Origin: Ascidiella aspersa
Lineage: Eukaryota
Assembly: GCA_963924565.1 (NCBI GenBank)
Contig: OZ004610.1
Location: 496,001-560,000 of the forward strand
Length of the DNA: 64,000 nt
Direction: 5' to 3'
The notes under the pieces are model-generated. The model worked only from the letters and a program-made list of their open reading frames with translations. It did no database searches and had not been told where the DNA came from. Positions 26,901 through 39,819 of the stretch are shown in pieces. A program made the translations under genes and the position numbers. Numbering within the stretch: position 1 is the first letter of the stretch; each line of letters begins with the position of its first letter.

Positions 26901-29900
26901 CTCGGAGACCATAAGGAGTGTCGGGGTTTCTATTTGCGGATTTAAAATCGCAAAAGATTGCAAATCTCACGGTTCTTGTAAACGCAGGGGATTTGTGGCA
27001 AAAGTCTTACATAATCCGCACAAGAATTAAATCAAAGCTGTCTTTACATATACCTTCAACATGCCTGATTTTGCTACTTTTATCAAATTTGAAGGTAATC
27101 TCACAATTACGAGCAAAATAAAAGTAACCATTTGATTCTACTTTCCATAACCGCTTGAGTTCTATAATTCTTTCTATTTAGTTGGAAGTTAATGGACCTT
27201 AATATATAAAATGTGCCGAAATCAACAATGTAACCAGGAATTTCTCTTTTGTTTGTGCTTTCCACAGGTAGTCTAATTAATGTTAGAACACAAAGGTATA
27301 GTTATAACTGTATATTATATACAATAATGGCATGTAAACCAAACAAACACATTTTATTTAATGGTGAAATTCTCGTGCATAATAGAGGAAGTTATGAGCA
27401 CAGCGCCCTTCCAAAATCCAAGCAGTGCATGTGTTTTTTGCAAGCGAGACAAAGCTTACGAGTGTACAGTTGAGTTTAATTATCGGTTTACTGGGCCCAC
27501 GGGACGAAAAAGGTCGACAACCACTGCCTTAGGTATATCTGTTGTGATAATTTTTTTATGTTTATTGCCTATTAAAGTATTTTAACGAAGCCTCTAGGAA
27601 TGGTTGCCTCATATATAAATCAACATCAAAGCGTTGAAAATAAATTAAATCCACTCAAATGGACTTTTCCACGAACGTTATTCCCTGTTGTTTTTGTGGC
27701 ACATTTTATCAAAACACATGCTTTTAGTGCATTCGGTGCTTGGTAGTGCGAGTTGTTCATGTAGTTTGTGGTCTGCGACATCTCCCTATCGCCTTGTTTC
27801 ATCAAAACTTAGCTCCAAACAAACTGACTGTAATTGACCTCGGAATGACAAGGGCGCATTTCAAACGCGGGGCAAAGACCAACTTATTTGCAAATTCCAG
27901 AACTTGAACTAATTTGAAACGACATCGATCTTGATATATTCAGAGAATCAATCATAACAAAACGAAAAACTTGTGTTTTAAAAGTTTTAAAAGGACTCCT
28001 ATGAACTGTGCGCCAATAAATATTCCATTGCGGGTTTCCCCTGAAACCTTGCAATTAAACTTATATAAAGATCGGTAACTAACGAGGCTTATTTGTTTCC
28101 AATATAAACAGAGCATTGAATCAAGGACAAACTTCGTAGTCATTGAAATAAGCCAACCACGCCCAACAAGATTTTATCACCTTGTAATTTTGTTATTCTG
28201 TTTTGAAAACAGAAATAACCCTCCAAATGTTAAGTGTGTCTGAACAGTCTAGACGCCACCTTTGTGAGGCAAAAGACTCAGGTGAAATAACAAATATGTC
28301 TGACAACTTTAATATTTTTAACAGCATCCTGCGTTCGACTTTTATATGGTTACTCTTACTTATCTTAAATAATTTTGATTATTTTATTCCCAATCACATT
28401 TTGAGTAAGTTGTTGGCAACCTAATAACTGATCTTTACAGAACAAAACTATCAAAGTCCATATTGAAGTAGGAAGCATTTAAACGTTTTAAATATCTCTT
28501 TATCATTGTTTAAAATATATAAAGATTTATTCAAACCGTTCTCAAAACCTGCTTCTATATGAGCTTTGATATTCGTTCTACGTCTTACTACAACCTCCGA
28601 CCATTACGATATTTACACAATTGGCGTTTTTCGCAGAAAACCTAGTCTGTATATTTTGGTAAATGCTTACTTACGTAGTGGTTATAACAGTTAGCTTTTG
28701 GCTGCCTATTCTTTCTAAGCTTATTGCAACAATTCTGACTGGCAGAAAATTAATTCTTAAAATCTCTTCCTGCAACATTATATCAAAATATTATATATTC
28801 TAATCAAAAACATAACGTAAAGGAGCGAAGCCTTAAAAATGTTAACTTATTACTCAAACAATGTCCTTTGACTTCATTCATGACTAACTTTTATTCCACT
28901 TGCAAAAGCTTTAACATTTCGCTTTAGGCAAACAGTTGTGCCTCGTCTAGCGGTCATATATTTGACCTTGACGTGTTTTGCGCAGATGCGCACAAGTGCG
29001 CTTAATGACCTTGAGTTGACCGCTACTTGATTTGTGACGGATTTAAAGGCTTCTCGGTCGAAAACAGCTTGTTTACGACTTTGCCGATAAAAGCGTGAAT
29101 TTACATTTGTATGAGTTTAAATTTTAAACTAAACACAAAGCAAAAACAATGTTTAAAATTTATCAACAAAAACTTTTGCCTTGCGATCGGTGATTAACGT
29201 TTTAATAGATTCGCGAATACAAATGACAGTTGCTGTAATTTAGGCGGCGCAACCTTTAAGTGCTACCCGAAATGTAATAATATTTTCGGTTTATTTTGCT
29301 TTTAATCTCCACAATAAAGTTAGAAAGTTGGTTTCATTTTCTTCCATACAAATCCTCTTATTCTACAATGTCGCTTTGTATATACGTTGCAATGGTAACT
29401 TCAAGTATAAAAAAGTTTTTTTTGTTGCGGCCCCTCACCCTTTATTTGTTCAGTTTGTGTCTACAGCAATCACAAAGTGTTTAGCGCAATAATTCAATCA
29501 TTCACTGAACTAAATGACATCTATACTTTAATGAAGAAATGTCTAACGCAGAGGTTTAGTAAAGTTAACTTAAGCTGACAATTATTGCAAAGTAAACTTT
29601 CAAAATGTTTTCCTAAACTGTCTTCATTGCTTGTTAATCCAGCAACTCTGTGAAACTTTACTTTCACAGAAAGTATACGAAACTTTGAAAGTTTTAATTT
29701 CGTCTCTTTTACTAGTTTAAAAATAGTATAGACGTCATTGATTTTGGATCGCATTGTGATATTGTTTTGCACAAAATATCGTGTTTTGATATCTCAATAC
29801 AATGAACAAAATGCTAAGTTATGGACTTCCCTGATCTAAACTTGGATCCAAAAACAGATTTATCCTCAATTCTTACTAAAAATAGACGAGCGAATATGAA

Positions 29901-32900
29901 GCTTTTTATGAAAATACTTCGATGTTTGGTTGTCAAAACTTGTGCAAATAAACTTTGACACCTATGGTTTTCGAAACTATTCATTCTGTTAAAAATATTA
30001 CTGACAACTAAGTTAATTAAACCATTTACTTAATAATTTTTAGAAGCAACGTAATGAATTAGTTGACGTGTAGCTTCCTGATTAGAAGGTTTAGTGTTGT
30101 CATCACAAAAACCACACCTGAAAGAAGTCACACCAACACACACAACAGATGCATATATTATTACTATGTAAGCAAACCTTATGCTGTAACCTCATTGAAC
30201 CAGATACTGACTATTTCAATTGTGGCTCAGCTTAGCGTTAGTACCTCAGGTTGGTTGGAGTGTGATTGACAGCTAATCTGTGTCGCCTTGAAACACCAGG
30301 AGCGTCGCTTAATCACGAGAAAAGCGAGACTTACGACGACGGATTAAGATTTATTCGCCAGATCCAAAGCCGCCTTTTTCCAACTTTGCGCGTCATCTTA
30401 AAACAACCAAAAATAACACTTAAAACCCCTGAATATTGATTAAGTTATTTTTGGTGTCTGCTCATGTTTTTAACAAACAGCAATTGTTGCGATGAACAAA
30501 ATATTGTTAATCACTTAATCTTTGGATTGTATAATACTAGCGACGGGCTGAAAGTTAGTTGAATATAGGAAAAATAGTTTTCTTATAATTCCGTATTATT
30601 TATTCCAAATTTATAACATTTACTTTGATTTCTTTTTCTTTTTCGTTATTTGCAGAACTTATTGTAAAACGTTATTAGTTAACTTTAAACACAGTTATAT
30701 GTAAGTTTAGCTCCGTACGTGTGTTTTGCGATGATATATTTGTTTTGGGCGTTGGCAAAGAAACATTCTTGAAAAAGATTAAAGTTGTTCAAACGGGGCT
30801 GCGTTGTGTGCAAAAAAGCCACAAAAGAATGATAAAAAAGTGAAGTAATCTTTTTTAGGTTGCTACTATTGCAAACATCTGTCATTTGTAACTTTTAGTT
30901 TTAACGCTATTATCGTACGCGGGTTAAAACACATTTAACAAATATACAAACTTTAATCGTACAGCCAGAATTGCTTATATGTTTAGCAAACTTACTTTCT
31001 TAAACTGCAAGTTTCAATCAAATTTTTTTTGCACCAAATTGCCTAAAATTCAGGCAAAAATCAGTTTGAGCAAAAACAAATTTATTATACAGGAATAAAG
31101 ATTAAAGTTATCCCGTTACACATTAAGGCAGCATGATGCATACAATAAAAGATGAATTAACAATTAGTACCACTGGTTTAATAATAAAAAAACATTGACA
31201 CAGTTTAAAATACAATACAAAAATTAAAAAATATTCAACACAATAATTACCCAACCATGATATGAGGCACTGTTGGTTTACTTTTAAACTGGTATTTTCG
31301 TGCAACACTTTCATTAAGATTTCACTTTCTTTCTTAAAGTATAAATATAAACGTGAATATCGTATTTTTTTAACAACTATATATCTGGGCGTTGATGGCA
31401 TAATGTCGTATTTTTAATCAATTCTGGTGAGAAATATCACAGCGTTTTAGCCCGTCAGCTTTATTTGTAAATAGAATAACAAAACCACAGCGACATTGTT
31501 CAATTTTCGAAATGGAATTAGGATTTCGTTTTGTAATCAAATATAGTTTTAAAGAGCTTTCCAACTGAAATTGTCTACAAATCTAAATTATATTTTTTTG
31601 GTTGTTTTTAAAAAACTCTCTGTTTGATAATTTGCTTGTAACGCATTTCCAAAATTGAATAGTAGTATTTCAGTTGTCAGTTTTTATTTTTTTATTGACA
31701 GGCGCAAGCACACTAGCTCAGTTTAAAGTGGGGATAAAAGCAATTAAAATGCGATAATAACTCCCTTGTCGTTTTTTAATTTAAATTGCATTTATTCGTA
31801 GATCAAGGTTTACGGTGTAGTATTAAATTGTGTATTATACTGACAGAGCCAGTGTTGCCTACCCAGGGTATTTTAAAGATTACAATTAAAGTGCTGCAAC
31901 AAATTCCTTCTGTTGAGATTATAAAACCAACTCGTGGCAAAATGTGAAAACATTTCCAGGAAACTGACAATGCATAATGGCGGCCCTAAGCCCTTCTCCT
32001 TTGCACAGCGGGCTACGCCCAATATAATGAATCCTGGCTTCGAAACGCTGACTGCTGAAAGATTTTCATTTTTCACCGTGGGAAAACTTTTAAAAGCTTT
32101 TTACATAAACACAATTTCCTGGTAAAAAAACTAGTTGCATTTAGTAACTTTCTAATACATAATTCACATAAACGCTTTCTGGATACCTCCACAACTAAAT
32201 GACTAACCTTCGCTGCCGAAAGGAACTATTAAAAAAGCTAAAATGTACACCTATATCAGTGTTTCCCAACATGTGTGTGGCTATTTAACTTAGTTGTGTC
32301 GCTAACTGAATAAGTTCACGGAATCACTTAATTCAATAGTTTTTCGTTGACAACCTCCACCTGTTACTTACTAGGGACGGTCCAGTATAATTGTTTAGTG
32401 TTGGGCGGGTCAAAAAAACATTTTTGAGGATGCTCTCTCTAATAAACTGTTTTTGCCGTTTTTCAAAATGCACATATAGACAAAAGATAAATTTCAGGAA
32501 TATCTTTAAGGTTTTCTCTTTTTGGTTTACGAACATAAATTGTTTGGAATTGGTCGCATATTTTTTCACGAGTCCGTTGTAACGTTCACTAATATTTTCC
32601 TTGCAAGATAATCTTGGGAAAACGGTTAAATTTTTACCTCTGTTGCAATATTAGATATTTGCAAAAAGACTAAAAAACAACAAAGACATTTGCTGAAATA
32701 TCTTTTCTTTTATTATAATCTGCATTTGTTGTTTTCATTTTTGTTTTTTTGTAAAAGTTAATTATGTAAATGCACCCATCCTAATATTAATAATAAATAT
32801 CTCCATTGATTCAAATCCCCGGAAAAAGTTTATTTTTTTTCACATGTTACTGGGGAACAAATAGTTACAAATGTGTGGTTTTAAACGGCTGTTGTGTTAT

Positions 32901-33984
32901 GCTAGCTTCGCCATCGCTGCACACTTCAACGTATCGCTTAAAACTTGCAATATTTATCGCACTTGCTGATCTTTTATCTCCATATTTGACATTTATATTT
33001 CGCGTTTTATTTGCTTTGACTGGATAACAGAACAGTTTGCAATGTTTACTTGGTTGTCGGCATAGAAAGGTCAGTTTGTAAATAAAATACGTTTCATAAA
33101 AATGCTAAAAACTTTCCACGGAACTATTGTACTTTCCATGAATATTCTTCAATAACAATTTTTTTTGTAAACAGTTTAGATAAAAATCGTTTTTTATAAA
33201 CCGCATTGAACGATAATGTTTAGTGATTAAAATTATTCTAGATGTTAAATAACATTCTAGTGTATTACCACAGTTTTGTGTGCATTCTGTTTAAGTTTCT
33301 TTTTATCGAAAATAATGTGTTGTTTAAATATTTAAATGCGAAAAATCTCTGCCAAAATTAGCAAAACGTAATTCAAGTTTAAAAATTCCTGGTCGAACAG
33401 AATCAAGTTTAATTTTTTTTAACAAAATAAAACATCTTCCCATAGGTGTCGCACTGGCGCCATTTTGTTTAACTTTTCATTAAGTTTTGAAAAAATAACT
33501 TTTTTTAAGTACTATGTCCGGATAAAACATAAAAACTTATAAAATAAGACATCGATGCTTTTGTCTGAGCTCTGATTTTATTCCTGCATTCTGTATCCAA
33601 CTTCAAAACCGTAAGCTATTTTTCTAACATGTGTGTGATGACACCAAACATTTTATTTGACAATTTTAAGGGCGTAATTTTTAAAATGATGTGAGCCGCC
33701 ATTTTTATGCTTAACGCTAAAAATGTAATTGTACTTAAATATTTTTTAGTATTTAAGATCAGATTGTGACGTCATTCTAGTGTTGCTTGTTCAACATTTT
33801 GCTGCAAGTTTATCACCGTTATTTATAATTTTTTTGCAGAGTTTGCAACACGTAATACGAAATATGCAGAAGCACATTTGTACTTGACATTTCCACTATT
33901 AACAAAAACAAACCAAATCTCGCATCCTTAGTTGGTTTGCACGCAAATTTGTAATACAAATAGGTTATTTAACACAGTGAGGAT

Positions 33985-34822
33985 ACCGATGCTACCACTT
34001 GGCATCGGGTATCGGCTCCGATCCGATATTATCGGACGACTACCGATACTAACACTTTGCATCGGGTATCGGCTCCGATCCGATATTATCGGACGACTAC
34101 CGATACTACCACTTGGCATCGGGTATCGGCTCCGATCCGATATTATCGGACGACTACCGATACTAACACTTTGCATCGGGTATCGGCTCCGATCCGATAT
34201 TATCGGACGACTACCGATACTAACACTTTGCATCGGGTATCGGCTCCGATCCGATATTATCGGACGACTACCGATACTAACACTTTGCATCGGGTATCGG
34301 CTCCGATCCGATATTATCGGACGACTACCGATACTAACACTTGGCATCGGGTATCGGCTCCGATCCGATATTATCGGACGACTACCGATACTAACACTTT
34401 GCATCGAGTATCGGCTCCGATCCGATATTATCGGACGACTACCGATACTACCACTTGGCATCGGGTATCGGCTCCGATCCGATATTATCGGACGACTACC
34501 GATACTAACACTTTGCATCGAGTATCGGCTCCGATCCGATATTATCGGACGAGTACCGATACTACCACTTGGCATCGGGTATCGGCTCCGATCCGATATT
34601 ATCGGACGAGTACCGATACTAACACTTGGCATCGGGTATCGGCTCCGATCCCATATTATCGGACGAGTACCGATACTACCACTTGGCATCGGGTATCGGC
34701 TCCGATCCCATATTATCGGACGAGTACCGATAATACCACTTGATATCGGGTATCGGCTCCGATCCGATATTATCGGACGAGTACCGATACTACCACTTGG
34801 TATCGGATATCGGCTCCGATCC
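33985..34822. repeat. 57-bp tandem minisatellite, about 15 copies, internally palindromic
   Basis: Unit CCGATACTA(A/C)CACTT(T/G)GCATCGGGTATCGGCTCCGATCCGATATTATCGGACGA(C/G)TA, seen as 19-aa periodicity in three ORFs. Confidence 0.97.
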
Positions 34823-36488
34823 AAAATTAGCCGATTTATAACTTTCTAAAAGATTATTGCAATGAAACCATTTGAGAAAGTGCGACATTCGCTGCGCTAA
34901 AGCAAAGAAATCTAATTTTGTGAAATGTCACTTTAGCTGATTTAGCAGCTTTTAAGCGATAAAACAGCAATTTTATGTAGAAGATCCACTCAGTCACGAT
35001 TATGTACGTCATTGTAAACAAGGCGGAATACATAAATCGTACTAAAGCAGCAAGAATATCATAAGCTATGGCGACGCCACTCGGGTTGCGACCCACAGGC
35101 TGGAGACCACTGAAATAGAGTATTTACCAGTTTAATTTAAAGTCGTAAAAAAATAATTACACCCACAATAACCACGATAATGTACGAAGTCCGCCTGATG
35201 TTTTGTCCAAATAAATGTGACAATATAAATATTGGGAAAATATGTTTTTAATAGCATAACATTTTACTAATGCCAAAACGTTTGCACTACGTGTCACTAA
35301 ATAGAAATTTAAAATCATGTGATGTGTTTTTAAGCTTCACGCGGTTTTAATCACTGTTGTTTTCCCCAGGTATTGATTCGTCCACATCTTGATTTGTTTT
35401 TGTAAAATGCATCAATATGAATACAGAGCCAATATAATTGACACTTCCTATATACGGAGCATAGCTATACGTTTAAAGACAGGAAGCTTTGATGAAAACG
35501 TACTCAGGATCCTCTATAGTAGCGTTAATCAACGCGGCGCACTGGTGTGCCATGGAAGGCTGCCAGGTGCGCCGCGAGCAAAAGGAAAAAATAATGTATA
35601 GGTCTTATTATATAAAACATATATTTTTGTACTTTCCTATTAAGCTTAGCTCATTGATTCCACAAGCCTTTCAAGTAGAAAGCGCAATAAGACCTACTAA
35701 GCAACAATACTAAATCATATAATTAATCTATAATAGTATAAGTGGGCCTATTAAGACCACCGACATTATACCGCCAAATTCGTAGTAATAATCACGACAG
35801 AATAAGATCTAAAATAGTCCAGATAAGACCTAAACATGTCGAAATAAGTTATTAATCGGAATAAGACTTAAATGACACAATAAAATTTTAATTTATAAAG
35901 GCTGAAGTCCCTTAATAAAATTGCAATCAATTTAAGAGAAATACCGCTACACCTCAAAAAATTCGCCCTCGCTTCGCTCCCAAGGTGCGCCCCTAACTAA
36001 AAAAGGTTAAGAAACGTTGCTCTGTAGGCTCGCGTTATTTCTTTGCGCGCCTTACACACATTTACATACAGACACACAAACATGTAAATGCGGTTCGGAA
36101 GCTAATTAGCTCAATTTGTTTTGTTTCCATCAAATTTTGGTGTTTTTCGACCCTACAAAAATCAGTTTTGGGATTTATACGGGCCATGTGTCGGGTATAA
36201 GAAGCAAAAGCGTTTACAGAGTCTTTAACACAAGAGCGAAAGTAAGTAGAATAATATGTTTATCAAAGCGGTGACAAATTTTCAGTGTTGGCTTCACAAA
36301 GTTACGTAATAACTGGACCTATAAAAGAAGTAACTCTAGGAAACCTGAGGTTATCGTTCGGCGTCGTGCAAAAATGTGCAACTGAAATCCTACTTTAAAT
36401 AGACTCGGGAGATGATGAGATAGCCTGGTGGAAAAGGGAAATAAAAAAGCAATTTTTTACCGGAACCACTGCTTTAATTATATTTTTC

Positions 36489-36520
36489 ACTACACGAAAT
36501 GCCCGGCGTTGCCCAGGTTA
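36489..36520 (-). mobile_element. Possible Helitron-type 3' terminus
   Basis: ACTACACGAAATGCCCGGCGTTGCCCAGG: an imperfect GC hairpin about 10 nt from a degenerate CTAG-like end. The other end was not found. Confidence 0.3.
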
Positions 36521-38627
36521 AATAGAAAATACTTGTAACAATAACTAAATATGCAGCCTTTTGCAATAGGCGCGATATATTACGTGCATTCGCGCAATGC
36601 CCCGCCCGATTTTGCGTGGTTAAAAATGTATGGAGCCATCAAGCTGTTGAATGTTGATCACAACCGCATACTATGGTGCACCATTTCCTTGTAAGTTTAA
36701 ATGAATGTGTAATTTGAAATGTAGCCGAAGTAATATTACGTATTGTGTAGAAAATTTGTCGGGTAAATACTTTCTCACAATTAAAGTAGGATGCAACACT
36801 CGTGAAAGCAGCAACAATATTAGGCCTTACATGTTGGCAAAGGCGCTGTGTCCATAACGAATGCGTATTCCCCAGGTCAAATCACTGTCGAGCATATGTT
36901 AAACAAAATGCAAGATTCCATCAAACTGTGGCCTCTTAATATTATATTTTATCACATATTATTTTGTACTTTGCGTCATTTGCTTGAGCCGCGTGTTATT
37001 GCCGATGATTTAAAAAGACAATTCACCATTTTACCAAAAAGTAATGTTACGGATAGCGTAATATCCTGGCTTGAGTGCTAAATAGTGTGCAAAGTCGTAA
37101 GCATTTTAATTTTCCTTAAATAAAACAATTTAATGTTTCTAATTATAATTTTTATACAGCATATGTATTGGTCGTCCCTTGACTATTTTTTTGTTGATTG
37201 CGCTTGAAATGGGTTTACGAAATGCTTCGCCACAATTGGGAGTTACACCTTTTAGCCTGTGTGGAAGGGACATCTAATCGGATGGCGTGTTATAAGTTAA
37301 CGCACTTATCTGCATGACCAGGAAACAGCTAATTGCTTGTCTCCGTAAACTAAAATTTTACATTTTGTAAAAACAGTAATATGCAGCCAAATTGCAATAT
37401 TGTGTGCTTATTTGAAATGACTGACTAAATACCGGCTAAGCACTTCAAACATATTTCACGTAACGAAAACCCGTGACTCATAGCGATAGGAAACCACTCA
37501 CTAACGTAAAACCTTAAGTTGTAGCAGATTGTTCGCATTGCGTGGCATTCAAGCAGATGAGTAATACCGGTGCCATATGCGTCCAACGTAAGTAAAATCT
37601 CGTTTGAAAATTGGTTACGATTAAAACCGCCGCATGCAATGCGAAATTTTGCGAACTTTACCTAAATTTTGCATGGTAACATACAAGAAGTTCTTAAACA
37701 TAAAAGTCTTAAGTTGGAAACATTAAAATATATTTTTTTATTAGGGCAATATACCTAATTTGAATTTGATTTTTAGGAGTTTAACGATATGTACCGCGCC
37801 CGTGGAGAATCGAGCACATTGTGACGTCGCAGCTCCTTTTGCTGGGGACGACGACGTTAATTTCTCTGCCTCTTCAAGATCACATGCCAGCGACAAACCG
37901 GGCGAACGTTATTTCCCCATTTCCTTATTATTTTTACCATAATTTTTCAGCATTTTTCATCCAAAGCTTGTAAAGTTGTAAGTAGATGCTTCAAAAACGT
38001 GTTATAACCACTGTAAAAAAACGATCTAATTTTTGGTCTAAGTGTTCTAATAATCGCATCAGTAAAGAAATGACTCTTATATTTAAAGCAAAAATATTGA
38101 AAAAAACACTTCTCCGTGTATAAGGAACGTCGCTATGCGCTTAAAGACAGGGAGCTTTGATGAAAAACGTAATCAGCAGTCTCTATAGGTTCGCGTTGTA
38201 AACAATGGATTACACTAAGGTAGATTTTCCAATTCCTAACACAAGGCATGCTAGCCATTGAATGAAATGGTTAATTTTGTGAATCCTAATGCTTTCACCT
38301 TATATTTTTCTATTGGCTTGTGTGAAAAGAAGCACAAGATTTTAAAATGTTATATGGTTATATTGTTAAAATGCACACATCACACATATTGAATATAAAG
38401 GCTACAACTTGATACAATTAAAACGACAATATTTACAACAAGCTCACTAATAAACAGAAACATAAAGCGATGGTGATTATATATGCCATAAATTTGCATG
38501 AAGATTTTCCAGTATTTGAATGTATGAGAGGGGTAATTCAGTCGGCATTTGTGCATTCATATGTTTTCCCTTAATTTAAATGGTATTTAAATGACCGATA
38601 ATTACTATATCTTTAGTATTTCTGGAC

Positions 38628-39819
38628 TTAAAGTTGACTTTCTGCCATGACATTCCCTTCTTTATTTCTAAATAAGGCAGGAATCGTCCATTTTTTTAGT
38701 TTCTTCAATCGAACAGTGCACCTGTCTATCAATGTGGAGTAAAGCAAGGGGTTCAATGCATTGTTAATGGGAAGCAAAATACCAGCACTAATGAGATAAA
38801 CATCATTGGGGAGTGGGACACCAGAAACAGCCAAGTAAGCAAGCACACACATTGGGATCCAGCAACAGAAGTCAGTAATAAGCAAACGAGAAATACGTTT
38901 TTTTCGTTTTTTTTTTTTTGCTGTTGGGTTGCTTGTTTCTAGATTTAGCCATTTTGTTACTTCGTATGTAAATGAGTATGTAAGCCACAAGCATGAAAAT
39001 GAACAGCAGAAAGTTGAGTGTGATAAGAAACACAGAATATTGCCAAGAAGCGTCATTCGCAGAGGCGAACAGTCTGGGCATGCAAACACTAGTTTCGCCA
39101 TAATAACCAAATATTCCTTTTATCGGTTGATTATGGATTTTGCTTATTAGCTGAGTGACGTCATGCCAATGAAGTGACGTCATGGTATGTGGTTTTATCT
39201 TATTGGCTAAATCAACTATCTTTTGCTTAGGGACTTGAATCGTTTTGAAAAATCTACTTGAAAACCAAACATAAGAAACAAAATATCCTGAACTGTAATC
39301 AAACAAAGGCAGAAGTGAAAACAAAAATGCAAACAGCCAAACACATGCACATGAAATGTAAATCCTCTTTAACTCCTTTGTTGTGGTGATAAATATTTTG
39401 TACACTGTTGCTAATCTAAACGCTGTCATGACAGCCATAGTACCCGAAGAGGCCATGGTAGCTACAACTCAAAACGAGCAATGAGTTTAACTAACTTATC
39501 TCCGACCCACATAAGCCGATCATCGCAAGGCTCCTTTCGTCCGACGCACTTGATCCTACCGTCAGCCACTTTCGCACCAGGAACCTGCGCGAACACACCT
39601 CTTCGAACCATCGCACATCTTCGCTCCTGGTTTGCAAGTTGTGCAGTTCAATTCATCATTACTCAACTCACAATCCATCCGCACATCACAGACTTAAGTT
39701 TGATTGATGCACTTTCCATCTGGCTTGCTGCATTCGAACTGATCTTGGTCGCATCTTGCTTTAGCTTCAACGCACAAGGCGAGCAACGCACAAACAAAAG
39801 TTAACATTCCCAACAGCAT
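38628..39819 (-). pseudogene. LDLa-containing GRL101/RXFP-like rhodopsin-class GPCR pseudogene
   Basis: Signal peptide MLLGMLTFVCALLALCVEAKA. LDLa repeat CDQDQFECSKPDGKCINQT*VCDVRMDCELSNDELNC with TAA at 39694-39696. A partial second repeat follows, then a jump to TM3-TM7 (YYGETSVCMP, ITDFCCWIP, LLPINNALNPLLYS). Frameshift in the T13 run at 38907-38919. Confidence 0.85.

Noticed and set aside
24600-33900. Numerous 60-90 aa ORFs
   Set aside because: Low-complexity AT-rich translations, many with non-ATG starts, with no domains and no consistent exon chain.
33985-34822. CRISPR-like appearance of the palindromic repeats (also 57111-58650)
   Set aside because: There are no unique spacers and no cas genes, and the context is eukaryotic. 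These are plain tandem repeats.
33928-34849. ORFs of 298, 305 and 228 aa
   Set aside because: They are by-products of a stop-free 57-bp (3n) tandem repeat, open on both strands with no non-repeat domain.
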